Below are positions 11,028-21,543 of a stretch of 58,027 bases of DNA, one piece after another. The notes beneath the pieces are model-generated. The model worked only from the letters and a program-made list of their open reading frames with translations, searched no databases and was not told the origin of the DNA. Made by a program: the position numbers and the translations under genes. Source of the DNA: Pseudomonadales bacterium. GTDB taxonomy: Bacteria > Pseudomonadota > Gammaproteobacteria > Pseudomonadales > JANQJO01. The first letter of the stretch is position 1. Each line of letters opens with the position of its first letter. Location: positions 1 to 58,027 of the forward strand of contig JANQJO010000100.1 in the NCBI GenBank assembly GCA_028281605.1, in the 5' to 3' direction.

Positions 11028-11903
11028 CTATTGTACAGACTGACGCAACTTTCTAAGCTCTTTTTCTCGATAGGCAAAATCAGTCAAAGTTCTTTGAGTC
11101 AAGAACTCATCGATCACCGACACTCCCAAACTCAGCTCTAAAGTTTTCAGATTAGATAAGCGTTGCGATTTCTGATTAATGACAGTAATATTTTTTGCCA
11201 CCCAAAAATCATTTTTTTTAACAAAATTTTTTGCGGTAATAAGCTTAAATGGTTGGTCTTTTTTATCATATGACTGAGACTTTAAAAAAATCATACGTTC
11301 TCGATCAACCCATATCACTATACGATTGTATTTAGTCTTTTTAAGTTTTTTTTCTGTCGGTTTAGATTCTATCACCCATACCGGCCTACCCTTATATTGG
11401 CTCTCTTTTAACAGTTTATAAGAATAAAGATCTGTTTTACCATTCTCCATATCTTCTGTAGTAAATTCTGAACCAAAAAAACTCACAGGCTCTTGTTCAT
11501 CTTCAGAGCCTGAAACCAAACGCTTCACTTTACCTAAAGCCGATAAATACAACCAAGACTCGGTGTCTCGCTCAGGCGCATCGTATTGATAAGTTAACAT
11601 ACCAATCCCCCTTTCACTGGCCGGCTCTAACACAATAGAAATTGCTCTAGAGTCTTTCAGCTGCTCGCCGTATTGTTTTTGTACACTTTCCAACACTTTT
11701 CTTCTGGGCTTTTCAACACAGAGAATTTTGTTATTTTTCTTACCAAATTTACACGTTGATAATTGTGACTTTGAAAAACTGTTATGAAAAGACAAACGCG
11801 CAAGCTCGTCAACTCGCTCCATAATATTACGAACATCTGTACTGGCCTGCGTCACACTCAACAAGAATACATAACACAAACAACCCAGCCAAGCCTTAAT
11901 CAT
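11028..11903 (-). CDS. Outer membrane lipoprotein-sorting (LolA-like) protein
   Basis: Signal peptide; EPASERGIGML, WLYLSALGKVKR and FFGSEFTTED motifs; directly downstream of an MMPL transporter, as is usual for this family. Confidence 0.8.
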   Translation of the reverse strand: MIKAWLGCLCYVFLLSVTQASTDVRNIMERVDELARLSFHNSFSKSQLSTCKFGKKNNKILCVEKPRRKVLESVQKQYGEQLKDSRAISIVLEPASERGIGMLTYQYDAPERDTESWLYLSALGKVKRLVSGSEDEQEPVSFFGSEFTTEDMENGKTDLYSYKLLKESQYKGRPVWVIESKPTEKKLKKTKYNRIVIWVDRERMIFLKSQSYDKKDQPFKLITAKNFVKKNDFWVAKNITVINQKSQRLSNLKTLELSLGVSVIDEFLTQRTLTDFAYREKELRKLRQSVQ

Positions 11904-11919
11904 CTACATAAACTCCTAT

Positions 11920-14496
11920 TTAACTTGCCTGCTGCGCCAACATAACCGTATTAGCTCGGCGGCCTAAATTAGGCTTGAGCCATTTAATTAAAGCCGGTAA
12001 TAATAAAAGATCACTAGACAAAGCAACAAAAATCGCCAAACTCCCAAAAATACCTGTCTTAGCAATACCAAGATAATCAGAAAACGCTAATACAAAAAAT
12101 CCTGTGCCTAAAATTAATGTGGTAAAAGTAACAGCTTGGCCTACTTCACGAATCGTGTTAGATAAAGCAGCATCAACATCACCGGTTTCCATCCAGGCGG
12201 CTTTATAATGTGCCATAAAATGAATGGTATCATCCACCGCAATACCAATAATAAGAGGCGCAATAATTAAAGTATCTGTATCCAAAGGTATGCCCAACAG
12301 GCCCATTAAACCAAAGGTGAAAATAGCAGGAATCAAATTGGGAATCATAGCAATCAATCCTCCTTGAAAAGAGCCCAAACTTACGATCATCAATGCCGAT
12401 ATAATAAGCATAGCGATACTAAAGCTCTTAATTTGAGCCCAACTCATCTGATCAACCAACACCATCATCAATGCCATGGAACCTGTAATTTGGATTTCCA
12501 TAGCAGGATAATCCTGTTCTAAAGGGCCTAAAATCGTTTTTATATCCTGCTGTACTTGATCAAAAAACTCTCTATACTCATAAGAGCCTGCATTTTTAAT
12601 TTGCACCGATAAATGTGTTTGGGAAAAATCATCACTAACCAGTTGCCTGCGATCTTCAGCATTAGCACTGTTAAATAAATACAGTAACTGTGCCAGTAAC
12701 TGATCATCATTCGGTATTGTATAATACTCTTGCCGCCCTTCTTGAAAACTCCGATGTGTATCCTTGACTAAATCAGCCATCGAAAACGCCTTTATAACAA
12801 ACTGCGGGTAAGCTTGATACAAACGCTGTTGTAATTGATCTAAAGCTCGCATCGTTTTCGCTGACTTCAAAGCATCTACTTGGCCAAAATCCATCATAAT
12901 TTCCATATTGTTGACACCCATCATATGCTCATCAACCACTTCATAAGTCACCCGAATCTCACTGCCTTCACGCGTTAATTCAGCAAAATTGGAATCTACT
13001 TTGATAAAAAAAGTAGCCACAATCAACAAACAAAAAATAGCAGCATAGATTAAAATAATAGATCTTGTGTAACGTGCAACAAAACTTGGAATAGAGCCAA
13101 GAAAGGGTTGCAGCCAATGAATACGACGCTCTAACACCGATTCCTCATTTTCGGTGTGGCCCTGTTGCTTTTGAGAAGGATGCCAAAAATCCAGCAGTAC
13201 AGGTAATAAAAATAAAGTAAAAATAAAAGCCAACAGCACACCTAGCGCTGAACTGACTCCAAACACACCAATTTGTGGAATATCACTGAGTGATAGAGCA
13301 AACATCCCAGACATAGTAGTGATAGTTGTCAGCAAGATAGGCATGCCTGTTTTACGATAAGACTTGGTTAAGGCCTGCAAATGCTCTAAGCCCTGCCTTT
13401 GGTAATACAGGTAAGTACTCATCACGTGTACACAATCGGCAATACCCACAGCCAGTATCAACACAAAAGTAAAACCTACCATATTTGACAATTCAATACC
13501 CAACCACGCAGCTGTACCCAGCGTCCAGATATTACTAGCCAAAATCACTAACATAGGCCAAACAACAGCACTTAAAGAACGAAACAACAACCACAATAAA
13601 CCAATAACAATAATAACCATCAAGCCCAATAACCAGGTTACCTTGGTCATCGAATGCATAGCAAACTCCATCATTGGAGCATTACCTGCGTAATAAAACT
13701 CAAAATGCTGATATTCAGGGCGAGAAAGTAAAGCGCGTAAATCAGTCATAAATGTCAAATACTCGTCCATCTCAGTATCTTGATAATCAATTACCGAAAC
13801 TTCAGCACTTTCATCAACAGATAGGTCAACTTCATATTGCTCCGTTTCAAAGGCAGACGCTTTTGATATTTCATCGGTTAATGCACGCTCTTGGGATAAG
13901 TTTGCATCAACCGGAATCGTACCAAAATCAGTTTTAAGGCGAATGCCTCCCCATTGAAAATCTTTTGAAAAATAAGCCAAGGGGAATTGCTCTTTAGATA
14001 AAGCAATGGCTCTAATTTGGTTACTGGCTTCGACAGTAGTAGGGGGGATCAGACCAACCAATTTACGTGAAATCAGTTCATCACCCTGCGCGGTTTGATA
14101 ACGAATATTGATAAGGCTATCAATACGCTCAATGCGTGTTAATTCAGAAGAGCGTCTACTTTGGATACGCGCGTTATCTAAAGCTGCATGCAATTGATGT
14201 AAAGTCTGCAAAGATTGTGGTGAAAATACGTCATCATCTTTAGCTCGATAAACAATATAAACACCATCATCACTACCGAATTGTGTACGAAAGGCATCTA
14301 AAGCCAATTTGGCCGGATCATCATCTTGAAACCAGGATTCTAGTGCCATATCTAAGCTAAAGCGGGTCATTAAACCGTAAAACATAAAGGCTGTACTGAA
14401 AACAAACAAAAGTAAAACAACCCACTTCGCTGGTAAAAGTATTGCAGGCGCTTTTTCAAAACAAGAAATAATCCATTGATCTTTTGCTAACTTCAT
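11920..14496 (-). CDS. MMPL/RND family transporter
   Basis: Two halves with transmembrane clusters; AVGIADCVH and IGIAVDDTIH motifs. Confidence 0.88.
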   Translation of the reverse strand: MKLAKDQWIISCFEKAPAILLPAKWVVLLLFVFSTAFMFYGLMTRFSLDMALESWFQDDDPAKLALDAFRTQFGSDDGVYIVYRAKDDDVFSPQSLQTLHQLHAALDNARIQSRRSSELTRIERIDSLINIRYQTAQGDELISRKLVGLIPPTTVEASNQIRAIALSKEQFPLAYFSKDFQWGGIRLKTDFGTIPVDANLSQERALTDEISKASAFETEQYEVDLSVDESAEVSVIDYQDTEMDEYLTFMTDLRALLSRPEYQHFEFYYAGNAPMMEFAMHSMTKVTWLLGLMVIIVIGLLWLLFRSLSAVVWPMLVILASNIWTLGTAAWLGIELSNMVGFTFVLILAVGIADCVHVMSTYLYYQRQGLEHLQALTKSYRKTGMPILLTTITTMSGMFALSLSDIPQIGVFGVSSALGVLLAFIFTLFLLPVLLDFWHPSQKQQGHTENEESVLERRIHWLQPFLGSIPSFVARYTRSIILIYAAIFCLLIVATFFIKVDSNFAELTREGSEIRVTYEVVDEHMMGVNNMEIMMDFGQVDALKSAKTMRALDQLQQRLYQAYPQFVIKAFSMADLVKDTHRSFQEGRQEYYTIPNDDQLLAQLLYLFNSANAEDRRQLVSDDFSQTHLSVQIKNAGSYEYREFFDQVQQDIKTILGPLEQDYPAMEIQITGSMALMMVLVDQMSWAQIKSFSIAMLIISALMIVSLGSFQGGLIAMIPNLIPAIFTFGLMGLLGIPLDTDTLIIAPLIIGIAVDDTIHFMAHYKAAWMETGDVDAALSNTIREVGQAVTFTTLILGTGFFVLAFSDYLGIAKTGIFGSLAIFVALSSDLLLLPALIKWLKPNLGRRANTVMLAQQAS

Positions 14497-14532
14497 ACAA
14501 TATACTCTGTTGATTTCAGTAAGGACAAAACT

Positions 14533-14907
14533 TTATGCACCCTGAGTTTCTTTTGTACCATCCTCTGGGGTAGAGATAGAGCCCAACGTTTCAGGCAATT
14601 CTACACCAGATGATTCCTCATCCGATGAGTCATAAAAAATGTCATGATACAATGTTGACGGCAGGCGATAACATAAATGCAGTAAATAGAGCATACTAAC
14701 ACCAACACCAACAGTGAAAATCACATTCTTTAAACTGATTGCACCACTACCTGGCAGTTCCTTCATACCTGCTGTAGTATCTTCCCCCTTTTCTATTATG
14801 TCTCCTGCTTCCTGTGGATGTGCATCTGCAAGTCTCATTAGACCTGTAACAGCCTGCTGCAACACTATTGCTGCTGTATTAATTTTGGAAACGCCCATCA
14901 AATTCAT
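14533..14907 (-). CDS. Hypothetical protein with one TM segment and an acidic tail
   Basis: 124-aa ORF with GAGGA RBS upstream; hydrophobic VIFTVGVGVSMLYLL; no known motif. Confidence 0.55.
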   Translation of the reverse strand: MNLMGVSKINTAAIVLQQAVTGLMRLADAHPQEAGDIIEKGEDTTAGMKELPGSGAISLKNVIFTVGVGVSMLYLLHLCYRLPSTLYHDIFYDSSDEESSGVELPETLGSISTPEDGTKETQGA

Positions 14908-14931
14908 TTATTATGTCCTCTTCAGCTTGGC

Positions 14932-14949
14932 TTATTTCGTGCTCGTTCC
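14932..14949 (-). repeat. Solo 18-bp family 1 terminal arm
   Basis: TTATTTCGTGCTCGTTCC followed by TTA; exact reverse complement of TAA-GGAACGAGCACGAAATAA at 20601-20621 and 35351-35371. Confidence 0.75.
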
Positions 14950-15238
14950 TTAATAACATTGGATAAGTATTCTACCACTAAAAAGCTACAAAACAGCACA
15001 TTTTTACGCTTTATTTGAGCAAACATTTCACCTTGCGTCTATTTATCTAAAGGCTCGTTAAGAAATAAACTCAGGTAGTGCTCTAGCACTTTAACTTATG
15101 GCCAAATAACATACTGATTACTTTAACATACCATACTAACATTCTGTTACATATCTACTATAGCTCCTAAATCTTTAATCATTTAGCCTTCTTATAATCT
15201 CATTAAAATGGTTTCAATTAAAAAGTGAAGGATGCAAA

Positions 15239-16774
15239 ATGATTAAAAGCACTCATCACAGTAGGATATCCCTATTTATTTTAATCATTTCTCTTTGCGC
15301 GTGCGCCCCTATCCCAATCGAAAAAAAGTCTGAAGCTAAAATGGATGCTTACCAAAGGTTTTCTCACTATATTAGCCAAAACTCAAAACCAGATCAGAAA
15401 AAAACCAAATCAAACGACCAAGAAGAAAAAAAAGTTTTATCAAAAAAACAAAACACTAGTGATACACTTAACAAAACTATAGCAAAGCCCCTTCCTACTT
15501 CAAAAAAGACCATAGCCAATTTATTTAAAAAAGAAAAAAACCATCAACAACAATCTATTTCAAAACAATGGAACAAACCTAACTCTATCTCAAATCAAAA
15601 ATCGACACAAAACAAAAAAAACAGAGAGCCAGAAATAATTGAATCTAAAAAAACACTCAATCAAGTTAAAACCCAAGAACAACCAACAAAAAAACCCAAG
15701 AATTTTCTCGCCAAAGTTTTGACAAGAAAAAACCCACAAAACAAATCAAAAGCAAAAATAGACGAACCCTCCCATACTGACAAAATCATAATCTCAAATA
15801 TTGAACTATCAGTCATAGACTTTACAAAAAAGAAAAACCAAACTCAAACAGATTGGAATAAAAATACAATCAAACAAAACATCATAACAGCCATCAACAA
15901 CTCTAATACTTTCAAGTGGCTACCAATCACCAATAAAAACGAAAAAGAGAGCTCGGCACAAGCCTCTCTCACCACCTATTTTAAAAGAACAAAAAACCTT
16001 GCAAACAATTTAAAAGAAATCAAAGGCAACACCATTATCGCAAATCTAATCTTAATGAAAAACTTCGAAAGCAAAAAAGAAAAAAATACCAATGAAAAAA
16101 TATTAACAATCATGTTCAAAGCTAAAGAAAACAGCAATGACACATTAATTTCAGATTCCAGCAAAAAGATAAATCTTGGTGCAACAGACAAAATCAATGA
16201 AACAATCGATCAGCTTTTACCAGAAATTTTGAGTACATTGCTCGCAGACCTCGCCGACAATCGGTACGATTTAATCTACCAAAAGAACTATGCAAAAAAA
16301 CAAGCCCAAGCCTTTACTGCAACAACCAAAAAAACAGAAAAAGCAATACAAAAAACAACCCAAGACGTTACTGAAAAAAAGTCATTTTTTAGTTTAGATA
16401 ATACAAGCAAAACAATTCCAGAAAAAAAAGACAAAGATCCCTACATATCTCAATTAAAAAAATCAAAAAACCTAGATGCAACATCAAAGCACACCAAATT
16501 CTATGCAATACAACTTAAACGAAACATTGACTTAAATCAACTCAATATAGACTTGAAAAAAATAGTAAAAAACATAAAAGAATCAAATAAAGTTCAAGTA
16601 GTTAGGCAAAAACACAAAGATATTTATACTTATATAGCCTTATACGGAGAGTACAAAAGCGCTAATGAAGCACAAAAAGCTCTCTATAAATTACCTAAAA
16701 TAATTCTAGATGAAGGGGCTTTTGTTCGTACAATACACATCAAATCTAATCCAAATGAGTTTTCTATGAAATAG
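15239..16774 (+). CDS. Lys/Asn-rich putative lipoprotein with a C-terminal SPOR-like domain
   Basis: Lipobox-like SLCAC; long low-complexity region; C-terminal FYAIQL...YGEYKSANEAQKALYKLP...AFVR resembles a DamX-type SPOR domain. Confidence 0.6.
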   Translation: MIKSTHHSRISLFILIISLCACAPIPIEKKSEAKMDAYQRFSHYISQNSKPDQKKTKSNDQEEKKVLSKKQNTSDTLNKTIAKPLPTSKKTIANLFKKEKNHQQQSISKQWNKPNSISNQKSTQNKKNREPEIIESKKTLNQVKTQEQPTKKPKNFLAKVLTRKNPQNKSKAKIDEPSHTDKIIISNIELSVIDFTKKKNQTQTDWNKNTIKQNIITAINNSNTFKWLPITNKNEKESSAQASLTTYFKRTKNLANNLKEIKGNTIIANLILMKNFESKKEKNTNEKILTIMFKAKENSNDTLISDSSKKINLGATDKINETIDQLLPEILSTLLADLADNRYDLIYQKNYAKKQAQAFTATTKKTEKAIQKTTQDVTEKKSFFSLDNTSKTIPEKKDKDPYISQLKKSKNLDATSKHTKFYAIQLKRNIDLNQLNIDLKKIVKNIKESNKVQVVRQKHKDIYTYIALYGEYKSANEAQKALYKLPKIILDEGAFVRTIHIKSNPNEFSMK

Positions 16775-19550
16775 CTCTTTCTCTTATACGACACAAAGCC
16801 CCAAAATCACAATTACGACAAGTACTTTGCCCTGCAATAGGGTCTACAACGGCTAAGCCTGCTAGAAAATCAACCATAGCAGCCTCAATATCCGACTGCC
16901 ACTGTTGTACAATCACTTGCCAATCCTCTTGAGATTTTAAATGATTGTCAACACCAGGTTCAGGATTCTCATAAAACGATACGCCTGTATCTTCTAAACC
17001 TTTAAAAATTGGGTTCTTCTTCCGTACCAAAGCAAAATACACACCTTTAGCTGTTGGTGCAAAAGCAATACAGTATAAAGGCAGCTGCGGTGACTGAAGA
17101 CGTTCACCGAAACACTCATTTAAACTCACCAAACCAGTTTTATAATCAATCACCAATAAAGTACCGTCGGCTAGCTCATCCACTCGATCCATACGCAAAC
17201 GTAAAGGTACATTATGCACCTTAAGTAAAACTTCATGCTCAATGTACTTTACTTTAAAGTAACTTCTGGTTTTTTCCAGCTGCACCCAGACATTAAGTAA
17301 ATGCTCTAAACGTGCAGATTCAGCCTTTAAAATAAGAGGCTGTAAACACAGTTTTTGGTAGGCTTGATTGTTTTTTAAAGCTTCAGAAACACTTGCAGCA
17401 ATGGCTTGCTTAAGCTGAGCATCGCTCATATCTTTAAGTTGCTCTTGATTCTGACACTGTTGCCAAAAAAGCTGTAGACTCTTATGAACAGTGTCACCTC
17501 TATCTGCTGCATTTAAACCCAATAAGGGCCTGTTCGCAGCGCTTAAGCGCAGCCGATAACGACTAAAAGCCTTAAATGGACATTCTGCAAAAGCTTTGAT
17601 CAAACCAGCCCCTCCCAATAAAACACGTTCATTTTTTGTTTGTGCTTGAGCTTCAGTATGGATTTTATAAGCAGGCCCATAACTTTGATCAATCGTTTCT
17701 AGACGAGCTGCCTGGGTATGAAATAGCAAAGGAGAGTCGGCTAATAAAGTTGCTTGTTGTGATGTTGACATCCAAGCAACCCCTTCTAATAAGTTAGAAC
17801 CAGAAAATTCTTGGCGCTCATCACGTTTAGGCCAACTGAAAACCACTTCTGCAGCACTGTTACTGAAAATATTGAGAATTGACTGAGCTAATGCCAGTTC
17901 TTTTTGCGCTGTCGCTCTTTGTGTTTTATAGCGCTGCTGCAATACTATAGGTAACAATGGATTGAGCAACACAGGTTTTGGCCAATCATCACTGTGTACA
18001 CCCAATACCCAGATCGCATCGAAAGGTTGTCCTAACGCTTCCAATACACCCAATACTTGTACAGTCGACCCCTTCGACTGTGCTTGAAATAAGGTCTTAG
18101 AAAGGACATCTATCAACAAATCATACGCTCGTCCAAGTGACAAATCGTACAAACTCACACCCCTTAAAGTCAGCCATTGACCTAGAGACTCTTTAAATTT
18201 TTGCACCTGTTGAAACTCAATCGAAGACAGTGTCTGCTCACCTGGCCATTCCCATATTTGTAAAAGTGTTTCAACCCAATGTTGCCAGTCTTGATGCTTA
18301 TCATATTGCATTTTTATATGCCATTTTTGCGCACGCTTTAAACACATAAAAAATTGTGGACACAGCTTTTGCAAAGAAAAAGGCAGCACAGCTCGTAAAG
18401 AATTGCTCAAATCACTGGTAACAAAAGCATCTACTTGCACTTTAGTCAACGCTCGATACACTTGATAACGCTGCCAACGCTCCTGTCGATAGCCTATAAT
18501 AGATGAAGAAATCAACAATATTTTTAAATGCTCTCGTGTATAACGCGTTTGCATAAAACTCAAAATACATGCGGCAGACTGTATCAGAGGTGCTTGTATC
18601 AACCGATCTCCACCACTAAAACTGATCTCATGATCAATAGAGTCATCGTCAATATCAACCAAATTCTGACTGGCCCACTCCTCACGAAATATTCTACGAA
18701 CAAACGCTCGATTTTGATCTAATTGAGGCACCACTAAAGCATAAGAAGACTGGTATTGAGCAGAGCCTTCCACATTTTGCTTGTATTCTTTTTTTTGCTT
18801 CAACCAACACACAGCTGCCCTTAACTCTTGCTCATGATCAGCAAAAGAAGCCCGCAATACAGTATGATTTTTGGTTTCAAACTGATAATCTAAAGTCTTT
18901 ATACCCGTGACATTCGCAATATGCTCTTTCAGCATTACTTCTTGTGGGCTGAGTTCCATAAAACCAACCCACACCCATCGCTGCCACACAAAGCCAGAAA
19001 AATCAGACAGCGCCAGTAATCGCTGTGGCAAATCCGCAACACAAACATAGCCGTGTTGCTGGCAATAGCTCTGCAAAGCCTCAAGCCATTGTACAAAAAG
19101 TGCTTGCTCACCTACAGCCAAGGCTTTAATTTGCTTTATTGGAATACGAGCGTTGCGCAGAAGCTTATAAGCTTCTTGAGCTGAAGCAACAAGGCCTTTC
19201 ATATCTAACAAAGACAATTCAGAAGTTTTTTCAATCACTTGCTGCCAAAACAAACCTTCTTGCGCTTGGCTCAAGATTAACTCATTAGAACAGGCCGGAT
19301 TAGAATAAATTTGTTGCAGTTGCCACAATTGCAATAACCAGTTGCTGAGAGAAGAAAACTGAGGCAATAAAAATTCTTGCCGGCCTTGCTGACCACACCA
19401 TTGACCATAAGCTTCGGTTAATACTGTAGCCAATCTTTCATTGGGTGTTAGAATTAAAGTTGTCGTTACACTCTGCTCTACATCAGATACCCCAAGTGAT
19501 GCTAAAGAGCCAAAGAGTTGTTGATAAAATTGTGCAAACTCAAAACGCAT
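16764..19550 (-). CDS. AddB/RexB-like helicase-inactive PD-(D/E)XK nuclease
   Basis: N-terminal ILTPNERLA; ECPF and C-terminal CRNCDFGALC Fe-S cysteines; RMDRVD...VIDYKTG..QLPLY nuclease motifs. Confidence 0.85.
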   Translation of the reverse strand: MRFEFAQFYQQLFGSLASLGVSDVEQSVTTTLILTPNERLATVLTEAYGQWCGQQGRQEFLLPQFSSLSNWLLQLWQLQQIYSNPACSNELILSQAQEGLFWQQVIEKTSELSLLDMKGLVASAQEAYKLLRNARIPIKQIKALAVGEQALFVQWLEALQSYCQQHGYVCVADLPQRLLALSDFSGFVWQRWVWVGFMELSPQEVMLKEHIANVTGIKTLDYQFETKNHTVLRASFADHEQELRAAVCWLKQKKEYKQNVEGSAQYQSSYALVVPQLDQNRAFVRRIFREEWASQNLVDIDDDSIDHEISFSGGDRLIQAPLIQSAACILSFMQTRYTREHLKILLISSSIIGYRQERWQRYQVYRALTKVQVDAFVTSDLSNSLRAVLPFSLQKLCPQFFMCLKRAQKWHIKMQYDKHQDWQHWVETLLQIWEWPGEQTLSSIEFQQVQKFKESLGQWLTLRGVSLYDLSLGRAYDLLIDVLSKTLFQAQSKGSTVQVLGVLEALGQPFDAIWVLGVHSDDWPKPVLLNPLLPIVLQQRYKTQRATAQKELALAQSILNIFSNSAAEVVFSWPKRDERQEFSGSNLLEGVAWMSTSQQATLLADSPLLFHTQAARLETIDQSYGPAYKIHTEAQAQTKNERVLLGGAGLIKAFAECPFKAFSRYRLRLSAANRPLLGLNAADRGDTVHKSLQLFWQQCQNQEQLKDMSDAQLKQAIAASVSEALKNNQAYQKLCLQPLILKAESARLEHLLNVWVQLEKTRSYFKVKYIEHEVLLKVHNVPLRLRMDRVDELADGTLLVIDYKTGLVSLNECFGERLQSPQLPLYCIAFAPTAKGVYFALVRKKNPIFKGLEDTGVSFYENPEPGVDNHLKSQEDWQVIVQQWQSDIEAAMVDFLAGLAVVDPIAGQSTCRNCDFGALCRIRERAIS

Positions 19551-19563
19551 CGCTAAACTATAG

Positions 19564-20175
19564 CTACACTTTTGTAAGATTTTGGCCTTTCCGTCCTAAT
19601 ACCAACAATCCTACTATACCTGAAATCAGTAACCAAAAAGCAGCGGGAACTGGAACTGTGGAGACTTGAAAATCAAGCTCATAACGGGTACTACCTCCAG
19701 TCTCTTGCAACCAAAAAGTATAAGTATCTGCAGTCAAAGGCGCAGAAAAACCAACACCACCAAATAAAGGTGTTTGCAGATCATCCAAAATGTCGTCACT
19801 CGCCTGCAAACCAGGTTGTACACCAATCAAAGCATTTCCTAAATGTTCCAAAGGATTGTCTAAGCTAATACTGCTTCCAGCTTGTAATGCAAAAAAAGAA
19901 CCTTGGCCAAAAGGTCCATTATAGTCATTCAATACAATGCGATCGAGTTGCAGCATAGAATCTAAAGTAAAGGTAAAAATATCTCGATCAAAGGGGTTAA
20001 AAGAGGTAGTTTGCCCAGCAACCAAATTGCTGCCCGACTGTACATTAATCACAGTCGGAGCACTGCTATCATTAGATAAATCACCACTAACGCTTTCGAT
20101 ATAATCCGCTTGCGCCCAAAGGGAAACAGCACAAGTCATAATAAATAAATATAATTGACTGATTTTGTCTAACAT
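19564..20175 (-). CDS. PEP-CTERM/VPLPA-CTERM-type sorted surface protein
   Basis: Signal peptide; C-terminal VPVPAAFWLLISGIVGLLVLGRK. Start placed at the ATG at 20175 behind GGAGG (track: 20199). Confidence 0.85.
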   Translation of the reverse strand: MLDKISQLYLFIMTCAVSLWAQADYIESVSGDLSNDSSAPTVINVQSGSNLVAGQTTSFNPFDRDIFTFTLDSMLQLDRIVLNDYNGPFGQGSFFALQAGSSISLDNPLEHLGNALIGVQPGLQASDDILDDLQTPLFGGVGFSAPLTADTYTFWLQETGGSTRYELDFQVSTVPVPAAFWLLISGIVGLLVLGRKGQNLTKV

Positions 20176-20263
20176 TCGTGTTTTCCTCCATAATAACATT
20201 TAAGAAAGAACAAAAAAACGTTCAAAACAGAACGTTCCATCAGTTGAAACTATTAAAATCATA

Positions 20264-20362
20264 GGAATGGTCACGAAATAACTTTAATATTTGGAGCGGA
20301 TGTTTGTCTGAGCGAAGCGAGTTCAGCAGCGGAAAATGTTAAAGTTATTTCGTGACCATTCC
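20264..20362 (+). mobile_element. Family 1 MITE-like element, copy C (99 bp)
   Basis: Nearly identical to copy B (2 differences seen); ATA direct repeat on both sides. Confidence 0.88.
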
Positions 20363-20539
20363 ATATTTGCTTAAAGCCTAGTGTTACGTTAAATAATATC
20401 ACTTATTTTTTATATACTCCATGATATTTTCTTCTCATTTTTGGTTGTGTCTAACACTTAGAATAAATTATTGGGATCAAAATTAATCAATTGTTATCTT
20501 ACAGAATCAAGCTGAAGGAAGATATTATTTTAAAAGAAA

Positions 20540-20600
20540 CAGCCATGAGCGATGCAATAAGCGTCACCCTAGGTGATGAAAATTGCATTTACACGGTAAG
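20540..20600 (+). mobile_element. Family 2 61-bp hairpin element, copy 1
   Basis: CAGCCATGAGCGATGCAATAAGCGTCACCCTAGGTGATGAAAATTGCATTTACACGGTAAG, preceded by GAAA. Matches the reverse complements of 35503-35563 and 57731-57791. Confidence 0.8.
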
Positions 20601-20603
20601 TAA

Positions 20604-20621
20604 GGAACGAGCACGAAATAA
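20604..20621 (+). repeat. Solo 18-bp family 1 terminal arm
   Basis: TAA-GGAACGAGCACGAAATAA, then similarity stops; directly after family 2 copy 1. Confidence 0.75.
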
Positions 20622-20643
20622 ATTCCTCATTCATTAAAATTAG

Positions 20644-21522
20644 CTATTCACTAAATATCGCCGTAAATTGCTTCTTAAGATTACGAAATAATGCTTTAAC
20701 GAAACTACAATCATCATCTTGATCAAAAGCAGCAATCATTTCTGCAACAGTTTGCGAACGCATTTCGGGAGTCAACTGTAGACAGTGCTTTAAAGCAAGC
20801 CATTGCTCACAATTTAGTGTTTCCAAACGCCTCAATGGTATATCACGAGCTAATGCATGGTCGGCTCTAATTTTAGCATAAGGATGCATCCCACATATCA
20901 TTTCATAAGCAATACAGCCTAAGCCAAAAACATCATCTTTTTGCATAACATAACGCCCCTTTAGTCTTTCCGGCGTGGCATACGAAGGCGTAATTGCACG
21001 TAAAGGATCCTGCTGATGAGGATCTTGTCGAGAACTGAGAATACGACTAACCCCAAAATCGATCAGCTTGAAATCACAATAAGGCGTCACAATTAAATTG
21101 CTAGGTTTAATATCACCATGAACTAACTGATTTTGGTGTAAATGTGTCAATATATTGGCCAATTCAACAATCCATCTTTGAGCCATTTTAAGAGGCAAAC
21201 CAACATTATGATGCTTCCTTAAAAGATCATTGAGTCTTTCTCCTTCAACATACTCTAATATAATCGCTTCCATAGCTTCAGTACTTAAATAATCGTAAGC
21301 TTTGACGATATAAGGGTGCTGTAAAGCAACAATATGACGGTATTCACTACGAAAAGACTCTACAATTGTTTGATTTGAAAGCAATTCTGGTGCCAGTTGC
21401 TTGACACACACCCATTCATTGGACACCAAGTCCATAGCTCGATAAATAAGACTCATCCCACCACGGGCCTCAATACGAATAACCTCATACCGATCTTTTA
21501 GAATAGTGTTTTCTAATAACAT
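20644..21522 (-). CDS. Hanks-type Ser/Thr protein kinase
   Basis: RGGMSLIY, VCVK, HGDIKPSN, DFG, TPSYATPE and DVFGLG motifs. Confidence 0.88.
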   Translation of the reverse strand: MLLENTILKDRYEVIRIEARGGMSLIYRAMDLVSNEWVCVKQLAPELLSNQTIVESFRSEYRHIVALQHPYIVKAYDYLSTEAMEAIILEYVEGERLNDLLRKHHNVGLPLKMAQRWIVELANILTHLHQNQLVHGDIKPSNLIVTPYCDFKLIDFGVSRILSSRQDPHQQDPLRAITPSYATPERLKGRYVMQKDDVFGLGCIAYEMICGMHPYAKIRADHALARDIPLRRLETLNCEQWLALKHCLQLTPEMRSQTVAEMIAAFDQDDDCSFVKALFRNLKKQFTAIFSE

Positions 21523-21543
21523 GAAGTAACAATCTAAATTTAT

